In this document: positions 47,754 through 55,789 of the stretch, one piece after another
How the letters are laid out: the number at the start of each line of letters is the position of its first letter
Numbering within the stretch: position 1 is the first letter of the stretch
Assembly: GCA_037441845.1 (NCBI GenBank)
Contig: JBBIRK010000003.1
Coordinates: 256,001-320,000 of the forward strand
DNA length: 64,000 nucleotides
Direction: 5' to 3'
Origin: Candidatus Zixiibacteriota bacterium
GTDB lineage: Bacteria; Zixibacteria; MSB-5A5; UBA10806; 4484-95
Program-made: the position numbers and the translations under genes
Notes under the pieces: model-generated
Told to the model about the DNA's origin: nothing
Seen by the model: only the letters and a program-made list of their open reading frames with translations
Databases searched by the model: none

Positions 47754-49472
47754 ATGGGCGGTTTCAAGAACATATTAACTGCATTTCTCACTTGGAGCTT
47801 GCTGATCTTGCTCCTTGTACCCTGTGTAAAAGCGGAAGGGGGCGCGGGTTCTCCTCACGACTCCTTTGCTGTCGTTAATGTAAAGTTCCGTGATGCCGCA
47901 GATAGACTTTTAATCGAAAGCCTTGCAGCCCGCGAATATCGCGAAAATCTGGGGGATTGCGGTTTCTACATAATGCGCGAGGTTCAATTATCGGTATTAA
48001 AGGAAATGGGGATTCCATTCGAACGAATCTCTGAAATCAAACCGACTGAACCGGTATCCATGACGATTTCCGAGATCGATTCACTGTATCATGATTATGC
48101 TGAAATGGTTTCGATTTTGTCCGCCCAGGCGATGAATCATCCCGATATCGCCATGGTCGAGTCGATAGGAGTCAGCCAGCAGGAACAAAAAACGATTTAC
48201 GCCATGAAGATATCGGACGACGTCGGCTTGGATGAGGACGAACCGGTGATATTTTTCGATGGCGTCCATCACGCCTGTGAGGTCATGGGGTTGGAGATAT
48301 GCTTGGCCTTGATCGATACCTTGTTGAAAGGTTACGGCATCGATTCGGCGATCACTCACTATGTCGATAATCTCGAAATATGGTTGGTTCCTTTGGTCAA
48401 TCCCGATGGCCATTCGGCGGTGATGAATGAAATCTCGCTTTATTATCGAAAAAACGGGCGCGATTTAAACGGCAATGATACCCTTTATGAATTCACCTGC
48501 AATTACTGGTGGACCTGCCAAACTGAGGGGATCGACCTGAACCGCAATTACGACTGGTATTGGGATTGGGGCGGGCAGACATCGCCGTGGGACTACTATT
48601 ATCGGGGTGCATCCGCCGGCTCCGAATCGGAAAACGCGGCTATGGTTTCGATATTGAGTCGGGTCAAGCCGATTCTGTCGCTGTCTTACCATAGTTATGG
48701 CGAACTGATATTTTATCCCTGGAATTTTGGAGAGGATCAAGCCCCTGACCACGAAGCCATTTATGAAATCGCCACTGGTCTGGCGATGAGAATAACCCGG
48801 GAAGATAACCAGGGCACATACGACGTGAGTGCAGCCGACGGGCGGGTGGGACTGGCGCTTAATTGGCAATATGGCCGTCTGGGTGCGTTCAGCTATTCTC
48901 CGGAAACCGTGAGATATCCCGATTTCATCGTGCCGGCGCCGCGTTATAACCAAGTGATCAGGGAAAATCTCGACGGCTGTTTTTACCTGATGCAGAGAGC
49001 GTTCGGACCGCAATTGACAGGCAGGATTACCGCCCCGAATTCCAATCAACCGGTCAGCGCAGAAGTAAGGGTGCTTGAGGTTTATTCATCTGTGGTGGAT
49101 CCCAGATTTTCCGATTCGCTTTATGGGCGCTATCGCCACCTGCTGCTGCCTGGTATCTATTCCGTAGAGGTTATAACGGATTCATTTCCCCGAGTTAGAA
49201 TTGACGATATCGAGGTCGGCGTCGGATCGGCCACAGTCCTCGACATTCATTTACCTGAATTCGTTCCGGGAGATGCCAACGGTTCGGGGGAGATAAGCCC
49301 GGCCGATGTAACTTTTTTGGTTCGCTACCTTAAAGGACTCGGTGAACCGCCGGTTCCTTTATTATCGGGCGATTGTAACGGCGATTGCCTCGTGCGCGGC
49401 ACCGATGTTACCTACCTGGTGGCCTTTTTCAAGGGAACTCAACGCTCACCTTCGTATGGCAATTGCCGGTAA
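47754..49472 (+). CDS. Secreted M14 zinc carboxypeptidase with C-terminal dockerin-like domain
   Basis: Signal peptide; HHACE, NPDG, RKN, DLNRNY, SYHSY; tail GDANGSG....ADVTFLV.YL and GDCNGD.....TDVTYLV.FF. Confidence 0.88.
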   Translation: MGGFKNILTAFLTWSLLILLLVPCVKAEGGAGSPHDSFAVVNVKFRDAADRLLIESLAAREYRENLGDCGFYIMREVQLSVLKEMGIPFERISEIKPTEPVSMTISEIDSLYHDYAEMVSILSAQAMNHPDIAMVESIGVSQQEQKTIYAMKISDDVGLDEDEPVIFFDGVHHACEVMGLEICLALIDTLLKGYGIDSAITHYVDNLEIWLVPLVNPDGHSAVMNEISLYYRKNGRDLNGNDTLYEFTCNYWWTCQTEGIDLNRNYDWYWDWGGQTSPWDYYYRGASAGSESENAAMVSILSRVKPILSLSYHSYGELIFYPWNFGEDQAPDHEAIYEIATGLAMRITREDNQGTYDVSAADGRVGLALNWQYGRLGAFSYSPETVRYPDFIVPAPRYNQVIRENLDGCFYLMQRAFGPQLTGRITAPNSNQPVSAEVRVLEVYSSVVDPRFSDSLYGRYRHLLLPGIYSVEVITDSFPRVRIDDIEVGVGSATVLDIHLPEFVPGDANGSGEISPADVTFLVRYLKGLGEPPVPLLSGDCNGDCLVRGTDVTYLVAFFKGTQRSPSYGNCR

Positions 49473-49666
49473 CGTAACTTCGATTTCGTCTTGCCGCATC
49501 CACGTTCTCTAAACGACGAACCGGAGCACGCCCTTCGGCGGAAGTTCGGATATACGATGAATTATTTCACTTGACACTGTCGGACTATTGGCTTAAAGGT
49601 ATTCGATGTCGAAATTTCATTTGCATCTCTGCTACTCCGAATGGATGATTTGAAAGGAGAGAGTAA

Positions 49667-50317
49667 ATGAAGGCAGGTCGTTCAATTTTATATATCACTC
49701 AGATTTTAGCGACGCTGGTCTGCGCTCAGCCGAAGCAAAAAGCTGATAATAATGAATTGGATTCCACGCTTCAGAATCCACAGCCGACGATGATTATAGA
49801 TTATCAGAGAACGCCTGCCGGCAACCCGATCGTCTTTCTTAAAACCACTCGCGGCGACATCGAAATCGAGGTTTTCGAAAAAGACTGCCCCAATCACGCC
49901 GGCAATTTCATAAAGCTGGTGAGAAACGGATTCTACGATAATCTTCCGTTCCATCGAATTTTGCCGGAAACGATGATTGTCACCGGCGATCCGCGGGGCG
50001 ATGGCTCGGGAAATCCCGGGTATTTTTTAGACCGCGAGAACACCCCTTACCCGAATAAAGCAGGCTATGTAGGCATGTTGCCGGCGGATAACGGCCGAGT
50101 CAACGGTTCGCAATTCTTTATATTAGCTCGGGATCACCCTGGTCTTGATTCGTCGGTTTCGTGTTTCGCCAAAGTGATCACCGGATTCGAGAACGTAATC
50201 GCGATAGCCGCAATGCCGGCGGAAAACGGAAAACCGAAAAGCAAAATCAAATTGATGGAGGCTTTTTTGAAGCCTATTGAAACAAATCCCGTTGTCCCAG
50301 ATAAAACTATTAATTGA
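49667..50317 (+). CDS. Cyclophilin-type peptidyl-prolyl isomerase (divergent, secreted)
   Basis: NFIKLV..GFYD.L.FHRI, GDP.GDG.G.PGY, NGSQFFI. Confidence 0.85.
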   Translation: MKAGRSILYITQILATLVCAQPKQKADNNELDSTLQNPQPTMIIDYQRTPAGNPIVFLKTTRGDIEIEVFEKDCPNHAGNFIKLVRNGFYDNLPFHRILPETMIVTGDPRGDGSGNPGYFLDRENTPYPNKAGYVGMLPADNGRVNGSQFFILARDHPGLDSSVSCFAKVITGFENVIAIAAMPAENGKPKSKIKLMEAFLKPIETNPVVPDKTIN

Positions 50318-50348
50318 ATAACCCGAAACAAAGAAGAGGTAAAAGCTG

Positions 50349-50936
50349 ATGCGAGTAATTCCTGCGATTTTCTTAAGTGCGGTTCTCAGTCTGGCAGCCT
50401 TCGCCCAGCCGCCCGCAGAAAAACCGATCGAAAAGCCGAAGGCCGAACCTAAAAAGGAGGTAGCCAAAAACCCCCAAGTGTTGATGAAGACCAGTATGGG
50501 CGATATACTTATCGAAGTATTCGAGAAAGAGACGCCGATCCACGCGAAAAATTTCCTCAAACGGGTGGACGAAGGCAAATATGATTCCATCATTTTCCAC
50601 AGGGTGGTGCCGAATTTCGTGATACAGGGTGGAGATCCTACGGGAACCGGCTATGGCCAGCCCGATGAGGGTAGATTAGCCGATGAAAAATCGCCTTATT
50701 CTAACACCAGGGCTTTTATTTCGATGGCCAGAAGCGCGGCAGGCGCCAGCCCAAGTCAATTCTTCATAAATCTGAAAGATAATTCTTTTCTCGATAAACA
50801 GAATTTTTCGGTTTTCGCCAAGGTGATCGAGGGAATGGACGTGGTGGATAAAATTTCCCAGGTGCCGATTGATCCGCCGCGGGACGGCAAGCCGAAAACG
50901 CCTGTCTACATGGTCAAAGTGAGCCGCAAAAAATAG
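50349..50936 (+). CDS. Cyclophilin-type peptidyl-prolyl isomerase (secreted)
   Basis: FHRVVPNFVIQGGDP, ISMAR, SQFFINL.DN.FLD, VF.KVIEGMDVVD. Confidence 0.95.
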   Translation: MRVIPAIFLSAVLSLAAFAQPPAEKPIEKPKAEPKKEVAKNPQVLMKTSMGDILIEVFEKETPIHAKNFLKRVDEGKYDSIIFHRVVPNFVIQGGDPTGTGYGQPDEGRLADEKSPYSNTRAFISMARSAAGASPSQFFINLKDNSFLDKQNFSVFAKVIEGMDVVDKISQVPIDPPRDGKPKTPVYMVKVSRKK

Positions 50937-50976
50937 CATTCGGCCGCAAAAACGGCGCAATGATGCTATTGCGCTT

Positions 50977-51028
50977 TCAATATACCCTGGATGCCGCCGT
51001 TCGGCATTCAGGGTAGGTGGCGTATTGA
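50977..51028. repeat. Long intergenic inverted repeat
   Basis: TACCCTGGATGCCG-CCGTT-CGGCATTCAGGGTA (14 bp with one G.T), outer TCAATA/TATTGA. Confidence 0.6.
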
Positions 51029-51090
51029 GCTTTAATTCTTATAGTCCGGCGGGAGGAACTTTTCCCGAACATGTAAGTTAACTGATAAAT

Positions 51091-52164
51091 ATGTTGACGA
51101 TTTTGGCTTTCATATTCGTGTTGGGCATGCTGGTATTCGTCCACGAGCTCGGGCATTTTCTTATGGCCAAAAAGGCCGGCATTAAAGTGGAAAAATTCTC
51201 TCTCGGATTTCCCCCGAAACTGATCGGCCGAAAAATAGGCGATACCGAATATTGCATCGGGATTGTCCCTCTGGGCGGCTATGTCAAGATGGCCGGGGAG
51301 AACATCACCGAGGAAAACTATTCTCCCCAACCCGGTGACTTCATGGCGGTATCGACGGCAAAAAGATTCTGGGTGATCGTGGCCGGACCGGTGATGAACT
51401 ATCTGCTCGGAATTATTCTCTTTTTCATTGTTTATTGGGGAACCGGTATCCCCCAAAGCCAATTGGATTCCACCGAAATCGGTATCGTAACCGCGGGCGC
51501 ACCGGCAGCTCAGGCGGGATTGAAAGCCGGTTCGAAAATTATTTCCATCGACGGCAATCATCTCCGAAATTTCAATGAAATCGCCGCCTATATCAGACAG
51601 CGTCCCAATGCGCTGATTACGGTCGAATGGCTGGATGGAGAACATTCGAGAATCGATACTCTCAGAACTCTTTCGGTTCCATTTACCGATTCGCTCGGCA
51701 ATTTGCGCAACGAAGGAAGAATCGGGATCGGTCCGAAATTCACCTATTCGCCGATCGGCCCGTTTACCGCCTTGAAAGAAGCGGCTTTATTTTCAGTCGA
51801 ACTGACCGGACAGATGTTGACCATCGTTTTCAGGCTGATTACCAGGCAAGAATCGATTAAGTCGCTCGGCGGACCGGTGATGATCGCCCAACAAGCCGGA
51901 GCGGCGGCGAAACAAGGCATCAGTTCTTTGCTCGGATTGGCCGCTTTTCTTTCGATAAATCTGGCGATTCTGAATATCCTGCCGATTCCGGTGCTGGATG
52001 GCGGGCATCTCGTATTTCTCGGTATTGAGGCACTGAAGCGCCAGCCGATTTCAGTTAAAGGTCGGCTTATCGCCCAACAAGTGGGAATGGGTTTGTTGTT
52101 TATCCTGATGCTGGTGGTTACATATAACGATATCGTAAGATTGATAACCGGAATAATGAAATAG
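51091..52164 (+). CDS. rseP: RIP metalloprotease RseP
   Basis: HELGH, FSLGF, PLGGYVKM, PDZ domain, NILPIPVLDGG. Confidence 0.95.
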   Translation: MLTILAFIFVLGMLVFVHELGHFLMAKKAGIKVEKFSLGFPPKLIGRKIGDTEYCIGIVPLGGYVKMAGENITEENYSPQPGDFMAVSTAKRFWVIVAGPVMNYLLGIILFFIVYWGTGIPQSQLDSTEIGIVTAGAPAAQAGLKAGSKIISIDGNHLRNFNEIAAYIRQRPNALITVEWLDGEHSRIDTLRTLSVPFTDSLGNLRNEGRIGIGPKFTYSPIGPFTALKEAALFSVELTGQMLTIVFRLITRQESIKSLGGPVMIAQQAGAAAKQGISSLLGLAAFLSINLAILNILPIPVLDGGHLVFLGIEALKRQPISVKGRLIAQQVGMGLLFILMLVVTYNDIVRLITGIMK

Positions 52165-52415
52165 CCGACAGCAGAAGGCTTATTAGGTGCGTTGAATTAG
52201 GCGGTGCCGACATTGATTATCGGTAAAGCCTTATACCGAAGTTAAAGGTGTCCGTTGTACCGTAAAAACCGGATTTCGATTTGTCGGAATGCATCGCTTG
52301 CTTTTTTATTTTAAGTTGCGATAATGGTAATATGGAGAATCACGGATATTGATCGATGGAAGTGTATGTTACAAGTCGGCAACGCAGGTTAACTTGAAAG
52401 CAGGTGGAGGCGGCG

Positions 52416-53156
52416 ATGTCTATCCTATTTGGACATAAAGATAAAAAAGACCGTAAATGGTATGAATCGATTTGGGACTTTATCGAGGGGCTCGGTATCG
52501 CCCTGATAATGGCCTTGATGATCAAGACCTCGGTGGTCGAAGCCTACAAGATTCCGTCGGGTTCGATGGAGAACACGCTGTTGGTGGGGGACTTTTTGCT
52601 GGCCAATAAGTTCGTATATGGAATGCGTTTGCCGATTCCCTGGGTTGATATTCGTCTGCCGGCTTTGACAGATCCTAAACCCGGCGATATTGTGATTTTC
52701 AGGCCGCCTTTCGCTCCTAACGTGAATTATATAAAACGATGCGTGGCTGTGGAAGGACAAACCGTCGAAATCCGCGACAAGCAACTTTATGTCGATGGCC
52801 AAGCGGTGGAAATGCCCGCCGATGGCAAGCATGAGGACAAGAACACGATTCCCTTTTCACTTGATATAATGGGAGGAAAGCGCGACAACATGCCACCCTA
52901 TAAAGTGCCTCCCGGGAAAATATTCGTGCTCGGCGACAATCGCGACAATTCATATGATTCGCGTTTCTGGGGGCCGCTCGATAAGCGCATGGTTCAAGGA
53001 CGGGCCTTGATCATTCATTGGTCGGTCGAGCCCGAGGCGAACCCGCCGAAACTCGACAGCGCCGATCCTTTTTCTCTGGTAAAGTATCTCGCCAATAAGA
53101 TAACCCATTTACCTGGAAGAATTCGATGGTCGAGATTGACCCGTATCGTGTGTTGA
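52416..53156 (+). CDS. lepB: Signal peptidase I
   Basis: IPSGSMENTL.VGD, YIKRC, FVLGDNRDNSYDSRFWG; ATG after GGAGG. Confidence 0.96.
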   Translation: MSILFGHKDKKDRKWYESIWDFIEGLGIALIMALMIKTSVVEAYKIPSGSMENTLLVGDFLLANKFVYGMRLPIPWVDIRLPALTDPKPGDIVIFRPPFAPNVNYIKRCVAVEGQTVEIRDKQLYVDGQAVEMPADGKHEDKNTIPFSLDIMGGKRDNMPPYKVPPGKIFVLGDNRDNSYDSRFWGPLDKRMVQGRALIIHWSVEPEANPPKLDSADPFSLVKYLANKITHLPGRIRWSRLTRIVC

Positions 53157-53255
53157 CCGGAAGCCTAATCTATGCAACCACAGGTTCTGGTGTAGGAGGC
53201 GATATCTCCGTTTTCTATAACCGATTTTTCCGCTTTCTCGATCCGATAAATTGAC

Positions 53256-53284
53256 TTGTCATAATCAATCGCAGCCGCTACAAT
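53256..53284 (+). promoter_or_regulatory. Sigma70-type promoter of the ccm operon
   Basis: TTGTCA-N17-TACAAT, 10 nt before the ccmA ATG. Confidence 0.55.
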
Positions 53285-53294
53285 AGAATCCGCC

Positions 53295-53918
53295 ATGCGC
53301 CTGGTTATCGATCGAGTCAGCAAATCTTTTCGGTCGCGAAACGTTTTCCGTGACATTAGCGCCGAAGTCAGAAATGGTCAGGTGCTCGGCATTATCGGTC
53401 CCAATGGTTCCGGAAAATCGACTTTGATAAAGATCACGGCCTCACTTATGCGCGCATCGCAGGGCAAAGTAGAATTCGAAATCGATGGGAAAATCATCAA
53501 CGGCCCCGATATCAGACCATACATAGGAATGGTTTCCCCCGATTTATTCCTTTATGACGAATTGACCGCTTTCGAAAATGCCGTATTTTTTGCCCGCATG
53601 AGCGGCCTTCGATTATCGGATACGAGGGGTCTATTCGATGAATTCGGGCTTTCTGGGCGGGAACACGATCTGGTCCGGTCCTATTCCTCGGGCATGAAAC
53701 AAAGACTGAAATTGCTGATCGCAGCGCAACGAAATCCGGCGCTCATGCTTCTGGATGAACCCTCAAACAATCTCGATGACGCGGGCAAAGCTCTTGTGCG
53801 GAAATTGATAGATGGTCGTCAAGGAATCACGGTCATGGCAAGCAATGATAAATCGGAGGTGCAGGATGCGGCGGTCATCATCGACTTGGCCCACCCGCTC
53901 CCTGGCGGTTCTCGCTAA
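53295..53918 (+). CDS. ccmA: Heme exporter ATP-binding protein CcmA
   Basis: GPNGSGKST, YSSGMKQR, LLDEP; first gene of a ccm operon. Confidence 0.85.
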   Translation: MRLVIDRVSKSFRSRNVFRDISAEVRNGQVLGIIGPNGSGKSTLIKITASLMRASQGKVEFEIDGKIINGPDIRPYIGMVSPDLFLYDELTAFENAVFFARMSGLRLSDTRGLFDEFGLSGREHDLVRSYSSGMKQRLKLLIAAQRNPALMLLDEPSNNLDDAGKALVRKLIDGRQGITVMASNDKSEVQDAAVIIDLAHPLPGGSR

Positions 53919-54552
53919 AGACATCAAGAGCGAATTGAGGACGCGCTATGCAGTCGGGGCTATTGTGATGTTCGCTGCGGTGACGGTTGTGGCCGTGGGA
54001 TTCTCTTTGGGCGGGATCGCGCTCGATACCAATTTGCAGGCGATAATGCTTTGGCTTTCGATATATTTCGCATCGGCGGCAGGATTAGGGCAAGGTTTTA
54101 TCAAAGAGGAGGAAGCCAAGACTTCACTTTCGCTCCGTATTTATGCTCCCTCCGGCGCGGTGTATAATGGTAAGCTCTTGTTCAATTTAATCATCCTTAC
54201 AGGATTGGGATTGCTCATCGTGCCGCTATTCGCGCTCTTGATAGGTCTGAACGTGGTTTCCTATAGCTTGTTCCTGACGATCTTGACGGCCGGCTTGATC
54301 GGACTTGCCTGCACAACTACGTTGATAGCAGCAATAGTGGCCAGAGCGGCGGTTAAAGGCACATTGTTTACCGTATTGGCGTTCCCGATTATATTACCGC
54401 TGCTGATTTTGGCCGTAAAAGGCACGCAGAAAGCGATGTCCGCCGGCGCTCGTTTTTCGGATGGCTTGGGTGAACTGCAAGGTTTGTCCTCGTATTCGGT
54501 GGTGATGCTGATCGCCGGGATGCTGCTGTTCGATTATGTATGGAATGATTGA
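53866..54552 (+). CDS. ccmB: Heme exporter permease CcmB
   Basis: KDIKSELRTR, F.KEEE, KL.FN, L.FPIILPLLI; multiple TMs; start at ATG 53866 uncertain. Confidence 0.88.
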   Translation: MRRSSSTWPTRSLAVLAKDIKSELRTRYAVGAIVMFAAVTVVAVGFSLGGIALDTNLQAIMLWLSIYFASAAGLGQGFIKEEEAKTSLSLRIYAPSGAVYNGKLLFNLIILTGLGLLIVPLFALLIGLNVVSYSLFLTILTAGLIGLACTTTLIAAIVARAAVKGTLFTVLAFPIILPLLILAVKGTQKAMSAGARFSDGLGELQGLSSYSVVMLIAGMLLFDYVWND

Positions 54553-54630
54553 GCTGTTATTCGACATTCCGATACGGTTTCCGTATCGCGCGATTGACTG
54601 GAACATTCCCGATAAATGGCAGGTTAATTA

Positions 54631-55299
54631 ATGCACATGATCTGGAAATTGTTGGTTTTTGTTTTATTTATTTGGGTGATTGTGGGTGCCTGGCTGTTCG
54701 AGCCGCCGATGATGGGAGTTGAGGGACCGGAGGTTTATCGCATCTTTTATTTTCACGTGCCGGTGGCTTTGGTGACGTTTTTCGCTTATGGTTTGGCGAT
54801 GTACAATGGTTTGATGTATCTGAACAATCGCCGACTCGAGTATGACAGCAGATCGGCTCTGGCCGCCGCTTTGGGCACGATATTTTGCGCGCTGGCTACT
54901 CTGAGTGGATCGGTATTCGCCAAATTCGCCTGGGGATCATTTTGGAATTGGGATCCGCGGGAGACGTCGATTGTTGTATTGCTGCTTGTTTACCTTGCTT
55001 ATTTCGCCTTGAGATCGGCGGTAATCGATGCTGAACGTAAGGCGGCGTTATCGGCGGTTTACTCCATCCTCGGATTTATTTCGGCCGTATTTACCATATT
55101 TATCTGGCCCCGACTGACTCCCGGACTTCACCCGGGCGCTCCGGGAGATTCCTCGGGGAGATTCATTTCCATGTCTACTACCGCCACCATAGTTTTTATT
55201 CCATCTCTTTTGGCGTTTATAATTCTATTCGTATGGATGTATCTCTTGTCCGTAAGAATCAATCGGCTCGAGCAAGATCGGGCTGAAAGGGAGACTTAA
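54631..55299 (+). CDS. ccmC: Heme exporter CcmC
   Basis: IFYFHVP, WWD motif WGSFWNWDPRET, second His in LHP. Confidence 0.92.
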   Translation: MHMIWKLLVFVLFIWVIVGAWLFEPPMMGVEGPEVYRIFYFHVPVALVTFFAYGLAMYNGLMYLNNRRLEYDSRSALAAALGTIFCALATLSGSVFAKFAWGSFWNWDPRETSIVVLLLVYLAYFALRSAVIDAERKAALSAVYSILGFISAVFTIFIWPRLTPGLHPGAPGDSSGRFISMSTTATIVFIPSLLAFIILFVWMYLLSVRINRLEQDRAERET

Positions 55300-55407
55300 A
55301 TGACTGTTTATGTTCCCATGCTGGTTTCGATCGGAATATGGCTTGCGTTGTGGCTCTATCTATTAAGGCTCGAGCGCAAAGTCAAGAAGCTGGAGAAACA
55401 TGGTTAG
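55300..55407 (+). CDS. ccmD: CcmD-like small membrane protein (35 aa; absent from ORF track)
   Basis: MTVYVPMLVSIGIWLALWLYLLRLERKVKKLEKHG; single TM plus basic tail, SD GGAG, between ccmC and ccmE. Confidence 0.8.
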   Translation: MTVYVPMLVSIGIWLALWLYLLRLERKVKKLEKHG

Positions 55408-55789
55408 AAAATATCGCATGATCATCGGCTTGGCGGCCATAGTCATTTTCGGGGCGCTCGGAATATGGTCGCTTACGACGACCGCTACACCATATGTGGG
55501 ATTCGCGAAAGCCCGTACTCATAATGGCGACGTTCAGGTGCTCGGCAAAGTTGAGCACGACCGAACGACTTATGATGACTCATCGAAAGCGCTCGTGTTC
55601 TACATTATCGATGAAAACGGCGATAGGATGGAGGTGCGCTATACGGGCACCCGGCCGGGAAATTTCGAACAGGCCGAATCGGTGGTATGCGTAGGGCGCT
55701 ATCGTGACGGCGTTTTCCATGCCAACAATTTACTGATCAAATGTCCGTCTAAATACGAGGGGACGGAATTCAGAAAGAAAGGCGCTTGA
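55400..55789 (+). CDS. ccmE: Heme chaperone CcmE, CxxxY variant
   Basis: N-terminal TM, OB-fold, LLIKCPSKY. Confidence 0.92.
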   Translation: MVRKYRMIIGLAAIVIFGALGIWSLTTTATPYVGFAKARTHNGDVQVLGKVEHDRTTYDDSSKALVFYIIDENGDRMEVRYTGTRPGNFEQAESVVCVGRYRDGVFHANNLLIKCPSKYEGTEFRKKGA

